From NCBI GenBank assembly GCA_964234715.1, contig OZ174276.1: 64,000 nucleotides of DNA; one strand, given 5' to 3'. Below, one piece after another: positions 14,250 through 25,298 of the stretch (positions are counted from its first letter, which is position 1; each line of letters starts with the position of its first letter). The notes beneath the pieces are model-generated. The model saw nothing but the letters and a program-made list of their open reading frames with translations. It ran no database searches and was not told where the DNA came from. Both the position numbers and the translations under genes were made by a program. Origin of the DNA: Podarcis melisellensis (Eukaryota).

Positions 14250-14993
14250 AGGGATGGACAAATCTGTCCATTTCAGTCTTTCATGCTTCCAGTCTTAAGT
14301 TGAGTTCTCTATCAGTTTGATTGGTTTTTTTCAAGACTGCATGAAATTTCACCAGCAGTTTCATGCCAATGTCTCCCAATATACAAATTTCTGCTTGCAT
14401 TTCCTCCCTCATGTGCCCTTTTTTTTAAAAAAAGCAATTGCCCCTTATATAGTGCATTTTCGTATGTTATGTTCACTGTTATGCACATTGTTGTGCATAC
14501 TTTATCTTAGTGTATGCATTATTGTGCGCTTTACTTGGCTGGGGTACTGCACTGCAAAATTTGAAGAAGTGTGAATTTTGAAGGATGGCTGAACAGTGGT
14601 CAGCAAACTTTTCCACCGGCGGGCCGGATCGCCCACCCGCAGGAGTGCTCACACCAGTGCGCATGCACACACGCCTGCCAGTCTTTCCCCGCTGGCTTTT
14701 GGAGCCATGGGGGGGGGGGGGAGGTGTCTGCGGCTTCCTATTGGCTGCAGGAGCTTCCTGCAGCCAATAGAAAGCCGTGGCTGCATCCCAGAAATCAGTC
14801 CGCACGTGGAGCTGTCACGCTGGTTTAGCTCCATGCGGGGACTGACCGAGTGGGTGGCAAGGGCCGGGGGCCGGTTTAACAACCCCCTCGGGCTGTATCG
14901 AGCCCGCGTACCATAGTTTGCTGACCCCTGAAGTATAGCTTCAGCAAGTTCACCTTTAAGATTGAACTGAGTGGAATTTCTCCTCCATTCCTA
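14250..14993 (+). mobile_element. Old AT-rich interspersed repeat (probable non-autonomous DNA element), interrupted by a hAT MITE
   Basis: Starts agggatgga and ends tccattcct (approximate inverted ends). Interior resembles 29890-30155 (rc), 45255-45535 and 57030-57165. Confidence 0.55.
14594..14930. mobile_element. hAT (Charlie-like) MITE
   Basis: TIRs CAGTGGTCAGCAAACT / AGTTTGCTGACCCCTG; GC/CpG-rich interior; internal hairpin at 14731-14777; no clear TSD. Confidence 0.85.
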
Positions 14994-15169
14994 CTCATAG
15001 ATACAAAACATAGCAGTGGTGTTGGTTTGGTTCACACAACACATCCTCTGCAGGAACATTTCAAAAGGTAAGTAATTGCCCAGATGTCACAGCCATCTTT
15101 GTCAACTGCTAGCATATTTGCAAATCTAATAAGGGGCCTGTATGGTTTCAAATTGGATGGGGGACCATG

Positions 15170-15243
15170 TGCTGAGACTTCTGCATTGCAGGGGGGTTGG
15201 ACCTTCAGGGTCCCTTCCAACTCTACAATTCTATGATTCTATG
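15170..15243 (+). mobile_element. CR1-type 3' tail (5'-truncated CR1 or SINE tail)
   Basis: ctgcattgcaggggggttggacc...ggtcccttccaactctacaattctatgattctatga. Confidence 0.85.
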
Positions 15244-15332
15244 AACTACCGGTAGCTATCAGTCTTCTTCCTAGATGCCCCTTACCCTCCCAACATTTAT
15301 TTATTTAACAAAATTTATATACTGCTTGACTG

Positions 15333-15473
15333 CAGTAGCGTAGCGTGGGTTGTCAGCACTCGGGGCAAGGCAAGTAATTTGCACCCCCTAACCCGTGGAT
15401 TTGTGCCCCCTAACCCCCAGATGTTGTGCCCGGTGCGGCCGGCCCCCCCTGCATCCCCCACGCTACGCCACTG
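15333..15473. mobile_element. Young 141-bp hAT MITE
   Basis: 17-bp TIRs CAGTAGCGTAGCGTGGG / CCCACGCTACGCCACTG (1 mismatch); perfect 8-bp TSD CTTGACTG at 15325-15332 and 15474-15481. Confidence 0.95.
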
Positions 15474-16144
15474 CTTGACTGCAGAAAAACCTCTGAGTGG
15501 TTTATGCAAATATCTATTCCATTATCAATTTAAAAATAGTTAAAACGAACATGCTCACATAAAACAATCAGATACAGAAGAGGATAAGGTTCCCACACCT
15601 TTAAAAGCTGCACAGAAGAGGCAGTTTTGGCAGGTGGCAGCTCATCAAGAAGAGGGCACAGAGCCACTTCCTTTGTTACCTTAATAGCCCATACTTGGGG
15701 GGCCATTACCTCACCAGGAAGCTAGCCTGGCTATTTCAAGAATTGAATCTGTGCTGGATCCAGGTATTAGAAGGGGGCTCAGGGATATATCCTACCCATC
15801 ACAAACTCTTAACAATAGTAACAAAGCTTTTAAGTATTATTTTACCTACTGAGTCATTGTAAATATTCAGTAAGGGTATTTGTGGGAGAGGACTGTAGTG
15901 TTTGTTACATAAGAGCTGCATCCTCATTTGCATCTGGCCATCCTGACTCCGCTTTTGCTTGACCCAGCCTTACGTTTACTCAGCCTTTCTTAGCCCCCAG
16001 CAGCCTGGATTCATTCTTTCAGCACCAAGCTTGAACCCCACCAGCTCGGGATAAACTTTGGGGCTTGCAAGACTGATGTCACTGCAATCAGATCTGGATC
16101 TGGGAAAGAGTCTCCCCACCCCGGTGTCCACAAATCTCAATTAG

Positions 16145-16460
16145 ATAATCCATGACAGACGGCCATCCAAACTCTGCTTGAAAACCTCCAAGGAAGGAGA
16201 TCCCACAACCTCCAGGGGGAGTCCGTTCCACTGTCAAACACCTATTTCTGAAAGTTCTTCCTGATGTTTAGTCAGAATCTCCTTTCTTGTAACCTGAAGC
16301 TATTGGTTTAAGTCCTACCCTCCAGAGCAGGAGGAAACAAGCTTGCTCCATCTTCCATTTGACAGTCCTTCAGATATCTGAAGATGCTATCATATCTCCT
16401 CTCAGTCAGCCTCTCTTCTTCAAGCTCAACATACCCAACTTCCTCAGCTGTTCCTCATAT
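16145..16460 (-). mobile_element. CR1 LINE 3' ORF2 fragment
   Basis: Translation YEEQLRKLGMLSLKKR; colinear with the copy at 3680-3950. Confidence 0.92.
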
Positions 16461-16630
16461 CTGTTCTTTGTCTTGGACAGGTGCTTACCTGGCAGCAGGT
16501 GGTCCATGATTTTTATTATTATGAGCCACTCTGGAATCATTTTTTGATGAACAGTGGTATATAAACATTGTAGATAAATCAAATAAACAACATTTGTCAT
16601 GGTGCTGTGGAGAGATACCAGGTTCCACTG

Positions 16631-16758
16631 CAGGGTGAGGATCCTGTGCCCCCCAAACGTTGCTGGACTATAACTCCCACCATCACTGACCACTGCTCAT
16701 GCTGCTGATGAAAACTGGAGTCCAACAGCATCTGGAGGGCGGCAGGTTCCCATGCCTG
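16631..16758. mobile_element. Short palindromic hAT-type MITE
   Basis: CAGG...CCTG ends; ggactataactcccaccatc core; flanks ttccactg/gtctactg match 6/8 (degraded TSD). Confidence 0.7.
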
Positions 16759-17674
16759 GTCTACTGAGTGTCTGCCCCTGATTGTGAAACAATGGCGTGT
16801 GTGATTAAAAATACCAAACAAAAAGAAGAACGAGTGCAATTTGAAATGGATAAATCCTGCTCATGAGCCAAAGGTAATTTGCAGGCATTTAACTGACAGG
16901 AAACAGGCAAATTGCTTATGGATATTTCCCAAAGAAAGAAGGGAAGTTCATCAAACACAATTTTGATATGAATTTTGTCTTTAGCTCTAGGGAACTAGAT
17001 AAGATTCTGAGTTATTAGATATTAGCCTGGAGCATTGTGATAACATTAGATATTATTTATCATTAAAGCCAGCCAAGAGGAAAGAGCCATTTTTTTGTGG
17101 GGGAGAACAATATGTTCTTGAAACAAGAAGGAGCGGGGGAAAGCGAAGAAACCACACTGAGCTGTTAATACCAAAGCTTTCAATATTATACAGCTTATTT
17201 CCTTGCTTTAGCTCAGAGTGAAGTTAAGATGCTTAATGCTTAATGAAAACAGAACTTCTTGTGTTTGACAAAAAACCCAGGAATGTATGAAGTGTTTGAA
17301 ACATTGGTTGTGTTTGCACGAAATGCTACTAAGCTATAAACCTTGGCTTAATAAAACTTACTCTGTGCAAGCTGTGTACTGGCACATGTAGCCCAAACAC
17401 TTTGCTCCTCCCTTCATGTGAGCAGGTAAACAAACGGTGAAGGAGATAGCTTAGCATTATGTTCAAACCCAGGACTGTGGTTTCTTTCACCCTAATTAAC
17501 CCACGATTACAAAGCCAGCAGCAAAGCAAGGTGAAACACTATCAAGGAATTGTGGCTGTTTAGGGTAAAACAAGACACGGTCCTGGGTTCAGACATAACA
17601 CTGAGCGATCCCCTTTGTGTACCTCAGGGGTGGAGAACCTCCAGGCCTCTCCATCTGGCCCTTGAGACATAGGC

Positions 17675-17805
17675 CAGTGTTTCCCAAACTTGGGTCTCCA
17701 GTTGCTTTTGGACTACAATTCCTATCATCCCTGACCACTGGTCTTGCTAGGGATGATGGGTGTTGTAGTCCAAAAGCAGTTGGAGACCAAATTTGGGAAA
17801 CACTG
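17675..17805. mobile_element. Fold-back hAT (Charlie-like) MITE, 131 bp
   Basis: TIRs CAGTGTTTCCCAAA / TTTGGGAAACACTG; whole element is quasi-palindromic; flanks acataggc/ttctagac are centred on TAG. Confidence 0.88.
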
Positions 17806-19519
17806 TTCTAGACCATGCACTCTCCTCTCACTGACTTTTATCCGCAACCTCCTCAGGCCCTTTCACCTGGTTGGAATGTGTTCTAAACAATATAATTCAG
17901 TCATCCAAGGCACAGAATTACACACGAATGTGGCAGTGGGAATCACAGGTAGGACTGTGTGTTATTCTACACACAGTCTGGAGTTCGTAAGTGCCTTTTG
18001 ATTTCACCCATGCTTATAACCATGTATAACATACGTTCCAACATGTTGAGGCCAAAAACTGGGGTGCACACCTGCACAAGAGCACGGAGCCAAAAAAACA
18101 GACACTTTGAGGTGCAGCAATCTCACATGTTTTGGGGAGCACCCCCTAACGGGATTTCCAGTATGGTGTAACTGTACAATAATCTGAATGCTACAGAGCA
18201 GACCTAGATGTTTTGTGATTTTAAGGCACAGATTTTGGGGGAAATGGTGTGGAAGATCCCTTGCTATTCCCTAGTGAAAACCTCACAGGATATAATCGTT
18301 TATTTTGTAAAATAATTAATTCTTTCAATGTAGTGAATTACTCACTCCAAAGGCCAAAGAATAAATGAAGTTAAATGCATGAATGCATTTAGCATTTGTA
18401 GTCATCCTCCCCCACCCCAAGTACCAGCAGTATATACATAGGGGCTTTATCAGGACTGGAACCATATATTTCTATGGGAAAGGGATTAGCTCCCCCTTAA
18501 TGAAAATTGCTCTCAGTTCTGGGAATGGAAGTTTCTGTTTGGCACCAATGCAAGCTTCCCACCCAGCCATTGGGGTTGTGGTCGTGACAGGACCACAGTG
18601 GAAGGAAAACAATTGACTCCCCCGTTGCCTTGGCTGGCGGCCCCTATGGCTGTTATGTATTTTTTGAAGGCAGGGGGACCCTAACCATGTCAAATGTAGT
18701 CATACATTTAATATCACACTTAGTTTGGCCCTACGTAGATGGGAAGCAGGGGGCAAGTACTTGGATTCAGCAGAGCGCAAGCAGGAGCTGATTAAAGAAC
18801 AGGCCCAGGGGTGTCTAAAGACTGCAAGTGCATGTTTTCAGTTTTTCTTAAAGTAAATAAGTATGCTTTATTCATAACCAGCCTCCCTCAGGCCACACAC
18901 AGGGAACAGTGCTTTACTTGACACCTTTTAAGATTGACTCCTTATTAAATAGCTTGGGTCACAGAAGGATATCCTTGAAAGTATCTATAAAGAAGTTCCC
19001 TGTTATAGCCTTCGTGGTTGGTGGGTTGGCGGGTAGAGAGGGGCCCCAGTTGCAGTACCATGGCCCTAAGAGGACTAGTCAGCATCAGCTAAGCTGCTGG
19101 GAGGTCAGGCTGGGACAGGTGATCAGAGGACTACATACATATGGAGCAGCTTGTAAACGCAAGAACCGGTAATGTAGAATATGGTGACAACATGTTTAAG
19201 AAAACCAGCAGCTGTGCTGTCCACAGCAGGAGGAACTATTGGGTGGCTAGCCAGGTGTGAAAGCTGTTTTGTTGTACGCTGGATCTAAGGTGGGGGGGAG
19301 GAGAGAGAAACCTGTATTTGTTTTTAAGCCACTCAACCCCTGCATCTCTACTCTTGAACTGCACTGTTGTGCTTTTAATGGTTCTTTATTTTATTTTTTA
19401 AAAAGGAAGTTCTTAAAGCATCGTGACCATTAACCTAAAATCCAGGGGAAGTAACAAGCAAGAGGAAACAGTCAGGTACTCAGACATTGATGAATACAAA
19501 GCCTGAAGTTTAGCGAAGT

Positions 19520-20030
19520 GATTTATCCCATCACATTTTGCAAGCTGTTCACCTCACAATAGCGAACCGCTGCTTAGTAATTGAGAAGGACACATCCTCT
19601 TTCTTATATTGAGTCTGCCTGTGAGCGATGATGATGGCAAGTTAATTAATTATCTCCGGCATCGGTTTACTTGAACATTTTCTTTTTCTCCAGCAGCCTT
19701 TTGAAAAGAGCCCAATAGAGGGCTTGATTAGGGGGATAATGAAGGAAATTTCCAATAGATTATATCATTTCTCATCTATTTGCAGCCATTGTTAACATGG
19801 ATTGCTCTCTCAGTGCCGGGATTCGCGTCAGGGAAATTTCATAAGCATGTAAATCTACCTTAAATGGGATATTTAGGGATAAATTCAAGTAATTGCATGT
19901 TTATCATATTTCTGTCAATGTGATGGGGGAGGGGGGAGGAGAGAAGATCCGCTGCCTCAATCTCACTAAGAGGTTTTATTAGATGCGCCCAGTTTCCCTT
20001 TGTGCCAAATTATATGAGAAGGATCTATAT
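19520..20030. promoter_or_regulatory. Candidate conserved non-coding element / enhancer
   Basis: No recognisable TE; many TAAT/ATTA sites (gttaattaatta); retained CpGs. Based on composition only. Confidence 0.4.
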
Positions 20031-20217
20031 TTTGAGGGGAAATGGGTTGACACCAATTGCAAAGAATAGACATCTTAGAAATGCTGCAAGTAGAGAAATA
20101 ACAGCATACCCCTCAAAAGTTCCTCACTGTGAGGAATGTCCTGAATGTCCTCCCTGCAATCTCCCTCCCTTAACTAGGCCTTGTTTACAGGCTGTCACCT
20201 AATGTGGGACCAGAGAG

Positions 20218-20377
20218 CAGGGATGGAGAACCTGCACCCGCACCTTAGATGTTGTTGGACTCCAAATCCAATCAACCCAGGTCAGCATGGCCAAAGCAGA
20301 GATGATGGGAGTTGTAGCCCAAACAAATATCTGGAATTTCCCATCTCTTCCATGGACAACAGTTTCCCCTGCCCCTC
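20218..20377. mobile_element. Degraded palindromic hAT-type MITE (same group as 16631 and 17675)
   Basis: cagggatggagaacctg...ggactccaaatcc...gatgatgggagttgtagccc. Confidence 0.65.
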
Positions 20378-20479
20378 TACTGTTTTCAAAGATCGTCAGT
20401 TAAATGAAATGGGTGATTCTATGTTTTCCATCTTGGATACAAAGAGGACCATCTTGGCTGTGAGTCCTGGACTTCTTGA

Positions 20480-20600
20480 TGTTTCATTTATTTATTGACT
20501 ACTTTTGCTATGTTTGCAATTATGTATTCCACACAACCCCCCATGCTATAAGCCGCCTTGAGCATGGTTTAACTATGAAAAAGGCGGCATATAGATAAAG
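20480..20600 (+). mobile_element. L2-like 3' tail, followed by (GGCT)n
   Basis: taagccgccttgagcatgg...aaaggcggcatatagataaa terminal stem; (GGCT)n at about 20609-20634. Confidence 0.6.
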
Positions 20601-21076
20601 TGATGTATGGCTGGCTGGCTGGCTGGCTGGCTGGTTTTCAGCTCAGTTTTTAATTCTTAAATTACAGTTTCCAAATGAAACTTACCACAATATATTTTAC
20701 AAATAATAAAAAATGCAGAAAGTTCTATCTAATAACTATCTAACAGAGCAAAGCACTCTGTGTAGGGCTTCCCTTGCACTTGATCCAGAAGCTGCAGTTA
20801 GTGCAGAATGCTGCAGAATGATTGCTACCAGGAATGAGACCTTGTCAACAGATAAGAGATCTGCACTGGTGGCCGATTTTCTATCGGGCCAAGTTCACAG
20901 TGTTAGTATTAGTATACAAGCCTTTAACAATTGGGACCAGTTTACCTGCAATATCACTGCTGTAGGGGTATGGGTGTGTATCCTGCTTTTCCATGGAGCT
21001 CAAAGTGGTGAATGTACATAGTTCTCATTTTATCTGCAAAACAAGCCTGTGACGTAGGTCAGATTGAGAGTGAGCT

Positions 21077-21213
21077 GCTGGGGTAGCTCATTTGGCAGAA
21101 AATGAGACTCTCAGGATTGTGGGTTCAAGCCCCACATTGGGCAAAAGATTCCTGCATTGCATGGGTTATACCAGGTGACCCTCATGGTCCCTTCCAACCC
21201 TCTGTTTCTATGA
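21077..21213 (+). mobile_element. tRNA-Lys-derived SINE with CR1-type tail, nested in an older minus-strand MIR-like SINE
   Basis: tagctca...atgagactctcagg...gtgggttcaagccccacattgggc head, then attcctgcattgc...ggtcccttccaac...ttctatga. The flanks at 21022-21076 and 21214-21233 join into a MIR-like sequence. Confidence 0.85.
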
Positions 21214-22527
21214 CTGCCCCAAAGTGACCCAGTGTCTCTGAAAGCGTGGATCAGGTAGATTTGCCTTTAAATGCAAACTGAACCAAACACCTCCCCTCTT
21301 GCTGCTGCTGCTCCACCACCTGCTCACTCCCCGCTAGCATTTAGGAGTAACCCCAAGAAAGGCTGAGCTGGGAGCAGATCCTTGACTGATCTGTGAAGAC
21401 TTAATTGTTAAAGCCTGGAGTTGCATGTCCCCCTTGCACTTCTGGAGTGTTGGACAGATGGGCCAGTTTGCATCCCTGAAATGGGTCTCCCTGCAATTTC
21501 AGAAAACTGGATCAGTCGGCAGAGGAGTTAGAAAATGGCAGTGATACAAGATCTGAAAAGAAGAAGTGGAAAGTGTTTGATGGGGTTAAATGTCCCAGCC
21601 TGAAGTAAAGCAATTTCCTCTCCTCTCCTGCCATTTTCTTCCAGAGGCTTATCATCTCCAGCTGGGACGATATAAAGCCCCATTTAATCGAGATCCATTT
21701 AACACTGAATCATGCTAACAAGATTACTTAGCTAGGGCTAATTCTGTATTTGCTGAAGTTCCATATCCAGGCAGAGTAATCTGTAGGCAGTGGTGGTGGC
21801 AGGTCGAGAGGCAGCCTGTGGAGCCAGGCCACTAAACACCCAGCTGGCTGCCCACTATCTCCATTCCATTCTACTAGAGATCACTGCAGAGTTGCCTTTA
21901 TTGTTTACCCTCAGAGAAAACTTGAAACTGGAATTGTGTTCTTCTGTTTCCCTTACAGCCAAACAGGGAAACTTAGCAAAGTCGTCTTCTGTCGTTATCT
22001 GTTGAGTATGCAACAAGTCTTTTCTGTAGGATTGCCATCTTTCAGTCTAACAGGGCTCCTGTGTTTCCAAGAGCTGCAGGTGAAACGTTCCCCATTACTG
22101 ATTCACCTGTTGCATTTCTGCCTGTCAGATCAATCAAAAGAGGCAGGGGAGGGGGAGAGAAGCTCTATGTTGCAGTTAAATGGCCGGACTTTCCCCTCTG
22201 TCTAGAACTTGATTCAGATTGGCTTTGTCTTCTATCAATAGATAAGATTTGAGAGCTACTGCATGCACCTAAAAGTTATTGCCATTGTCATATTTTCATT
22301 TTTTAAAAAACAAAATAAAACCAGTCATTTAGAAATATTGCTTGCACTATACATTCTCTTAGCTATATGCAGGTTCAGAAAACATCCCACCAGGAACAGT
22401 GTCACTTTAGTGATGGAGCCCATGGTTTGCTTACAGAAGGTGCCAAACTTGGTGACTGCTATCATCACACCTTGCAGATTTGAGGTATCAATATTTCAGA
22501 GGTGTAGACTGCTGTATAGGATATCAG

Positions 22528-22530
<3 letters not shown>

Positions 22531-22566
<36 letters not shown>
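22531..22566. repeat. (CA)18 microsatellite
   Basis: Read directly. Confidence 0.99.
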
Positions 22567-22571
<5 letters not shown>

Positions 22572-23286
22572 ATAAAGAGTGGCCAATTGTCAGCACGATT
22601 CCATGTTTACCTCTCAGTAAGACTTCTATGTTATTAGACAATTAGTGGTGACAGCAGCGGCAACAGTTCAAGCACTTCCCCAAGCACACAAAGGGCTTAA
22701 CTGTGGGTCGGACAGGGACATGCACAAAGCTCCACCCTGCTCTGCTGCTCTTCAGATCTTGCCATGATTAGCAGGAAGGTTTGAAGAGGGTTTTGAAGTG
22801 CTTAGTAACTTCCCCACAAAAGAGAATCGCGTCATGTCAGGGTTATGGATCATGCGCAAGAATTTCTAAGCACATTCAATTGAATGCAGTTTGAAAATAT
22901 GCTAAATAACACAAAGATCTGAACAGTAGCCTGAGGGCATTGGGGGGTAAGGCACCCCCATACCTTTGTGTGTTCAGGTGTGTGGCTGAGCGCGCAGCTT
23001 TTACCACTGACGATTAAGGGTCATTTGCAATCATTTTTGCTCCATGACCCCCCTTCTGCCCATCCCCACAAGCTTACAATACTACAGCGGCCTCACAATC
23101 CAGATAGTTTTAATTTCAGACCCTTTCCTAGTAACCTCTAATATGTACCAATAATCTGGCTAGGCATAAGGCTGCTTCACATTGTTGATAATTTTGTAGC
23201 TTTGGTTCATTTGTTTGTTTTGTTTTGCTAACTCTTGCCAACTTTGGGCAGTCAGATGTGTTGAAACACACCTTCGTTAAGAGGCA

Positions 23287-23890
23287 CCGTATTTTTTGCC
23301 CTATAGGACGCACTTTCCCCCCTCCAAAAATGAAGGGGAAATGTGTGTGCATCCTATGGGGCAAATGCAGGCTTTCACTGAAGCCTGGAGAGCGAGAGGG
23401 GTCGGTGCGCACTGACCCCTCTCGCTCTCCAGGCTTCAGGAAGCTATCCGCAAGCCTTGGGAGCCCGGCGGGAGTTCCCACCAGGCTCCCAAGGCTTGCG
23501 GACAGCAGCCTGCAGCCCGAAACCCAGGGAGCGCAGCGGGGCACACCCCGGGCTTTGGGCAGCTCTCAGACTTCCCGCCGGGCTCCCAAGGCTTGCAGAC
23601 AGCAGCCTGTTCTGGGGGCTGGGGTCGGGGGAAGCTTGGGCTTCCCCCGCCCCAGCCCAGCAAGCTCCAGGAGCGATGGCGAGGTTGCGCAACCTCGCCA
23701 TCGCTCCCGGACCCCCAGCCCCGAGGCTAAAAACGAAGCCAGGACAACGAGCGGGATCCATCCCGCTCACTGTCATGGCTTCTTTGCTCTTTGGGGCTCG
23801 CGGGGGAAATAAAACTTTTTTCTTTATTCCCCCCCCCCCAAAATACCTGCGCCCTATGGGCCGGTGCGCCCTATAGGGCGAAAAATACAG
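23287..23890. mobile_element. Tc1/mariner-superfamily (Tc2-like) MITE with multi-palindrome interior, 604 bp
   Basis: TIRs CCGTATTTTTTGCCCTATAGG / CCTATAGGGCGAAAAATACAG; flanks CA and TA (TA TSD with one change); CpG-rich interior. Confidence 0.93.
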
Positions 23891-25228
23891 TATATCCCAA
23901 ATTGCCTGTGCATGGGCAAGGTGAGAAAAGGAAAGCTGCAGTTGCAAGCTGACCATCCATAATAAGATACACAATAACCTTCTTGTCTATATATCTATGG
24001 AAACAGTTACGGAACCATCCTTTGTCAAGATGATATTTCCTCATAGGTAGTACTGGATGAAAGACTGCTCATGCTACTTAATGTAAATCTCCTCTGACTA
24101 TGGAAGCAGAAAACATACCCACCCGTGTGTGTGTGAGTGTTCTACTCCTGCCACTCCATTCTCACTCACTGTCCCTCCTGACTCCACTAGCACTCTACTT
24201 TCTCCTCCCTGCCCCACTCTGGTTATCTCTCAGTCTCCTACGAGAGACTGACACCCCTTTCTGTACTACTCTCTCCTTGTTTCCTGCCTTGAAAAATATT
24301 TAATAAAACAGAGAGAGGTGAAAGAGGAAATGAGAAAGAGAAAAGTTTCTCCACTTCCTCCATTAGCTGTATGTAGTTTGAAACAGGCCTTGGTACCTCA
24401 CGCAAAGTGGGCAGTGAGCCAGGGGCTGAAGAGGTTTCATGGCTGGTGAGGGAAGTCCTCAAGGGCACCATTGTAGAAGCACCTGGAATTTAACTGTAGC
24501 ATCTTCATGGTCAGGGAAGCTACCTAACTGATCATGTCAGGAGGAGTGCTGGGCAAAGCCATAGCTGGACACTTTCCCTGCTGTGGCCCAGAACTCCTCT
24601 TTTCTTTCATTTCCTTACCTGCTATGACTTCCATCATGCCCTATCCCCCCAGGTGCAAGCAGTGCCCCACCTCAATAATGTACAGGTGGTCCACTCCAAT
24701 TATGTACAGAAAGGGTATTATGCTTTTGGCTTTGGACTCCTTGGCTGATGTGAATACAGCAGCAAAGGGAAAATCTTGGGGTTTTAAATAACGTGGAAAG
24801 GACATAAAATCACTTTTCTGTTGGGGCAAGGAGATCATTGATCACTTGCTGCCGCGTAGCCGCATAAACTCTAATGGGGCTACACCAGCAAAACGGATGA
24901 GTAAGCTGCTCCCCGAGACTTGAGTGACAGCGAAACCATATTTAGTAACAGACAGATTAAAATGAGAATTGCAGAAGCATGAAGTCTTGTTATCTGCAAG
25001 TCTTTCCACAGCTGAGCCTCGAGACGCACACTGATTGGTAATTCAGATCATGAAGTTTGTCCCCGTGGAGTCTCCATATGTTTCTACCCCTGGAGGAGCT
25101 ATGAATGTCAATGCACCCCTTAGGGTGCAATGTGTGAAAATTCTCCAGGGGATGAAATGAGAACTGACATTAATCTGCCACAGGTGGCCTTTGCAACTTT
25201 TATGCATTGCCCAGTTTCCTGAAAGTCA

Positions 25229-25229
25229 A

Positions 25230-25296
<67 letters not shown>
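25229..25296. repeat. (AAAG)17 microsatellite
   Basis: Read directly. Confidence 0.99.

Positions 25297-25298
<2 letters not shown>

Noticed and set aside
15054-15067. 14-nt micro-exon (ctgCAG|GAACATTTCAAAAG|GTAAGT)
   Set aside because: Good donor but short pyrimidine tract, frame-shifting length and located among repeats; compatible with chance
16484-16495. CTTACCTGGCAG match to the U1 snRNA 5' end
   Set aside because: Only 12 nt with no further U1 similarity
23128-23974. Cluster of long overlapping ORFs (138-195 aa) on both strands
   Set aside because: They overlap a GC-rich palindromic MITE. The same peptide appears on both strands because of the palindromes, and there are no transposase motifs.
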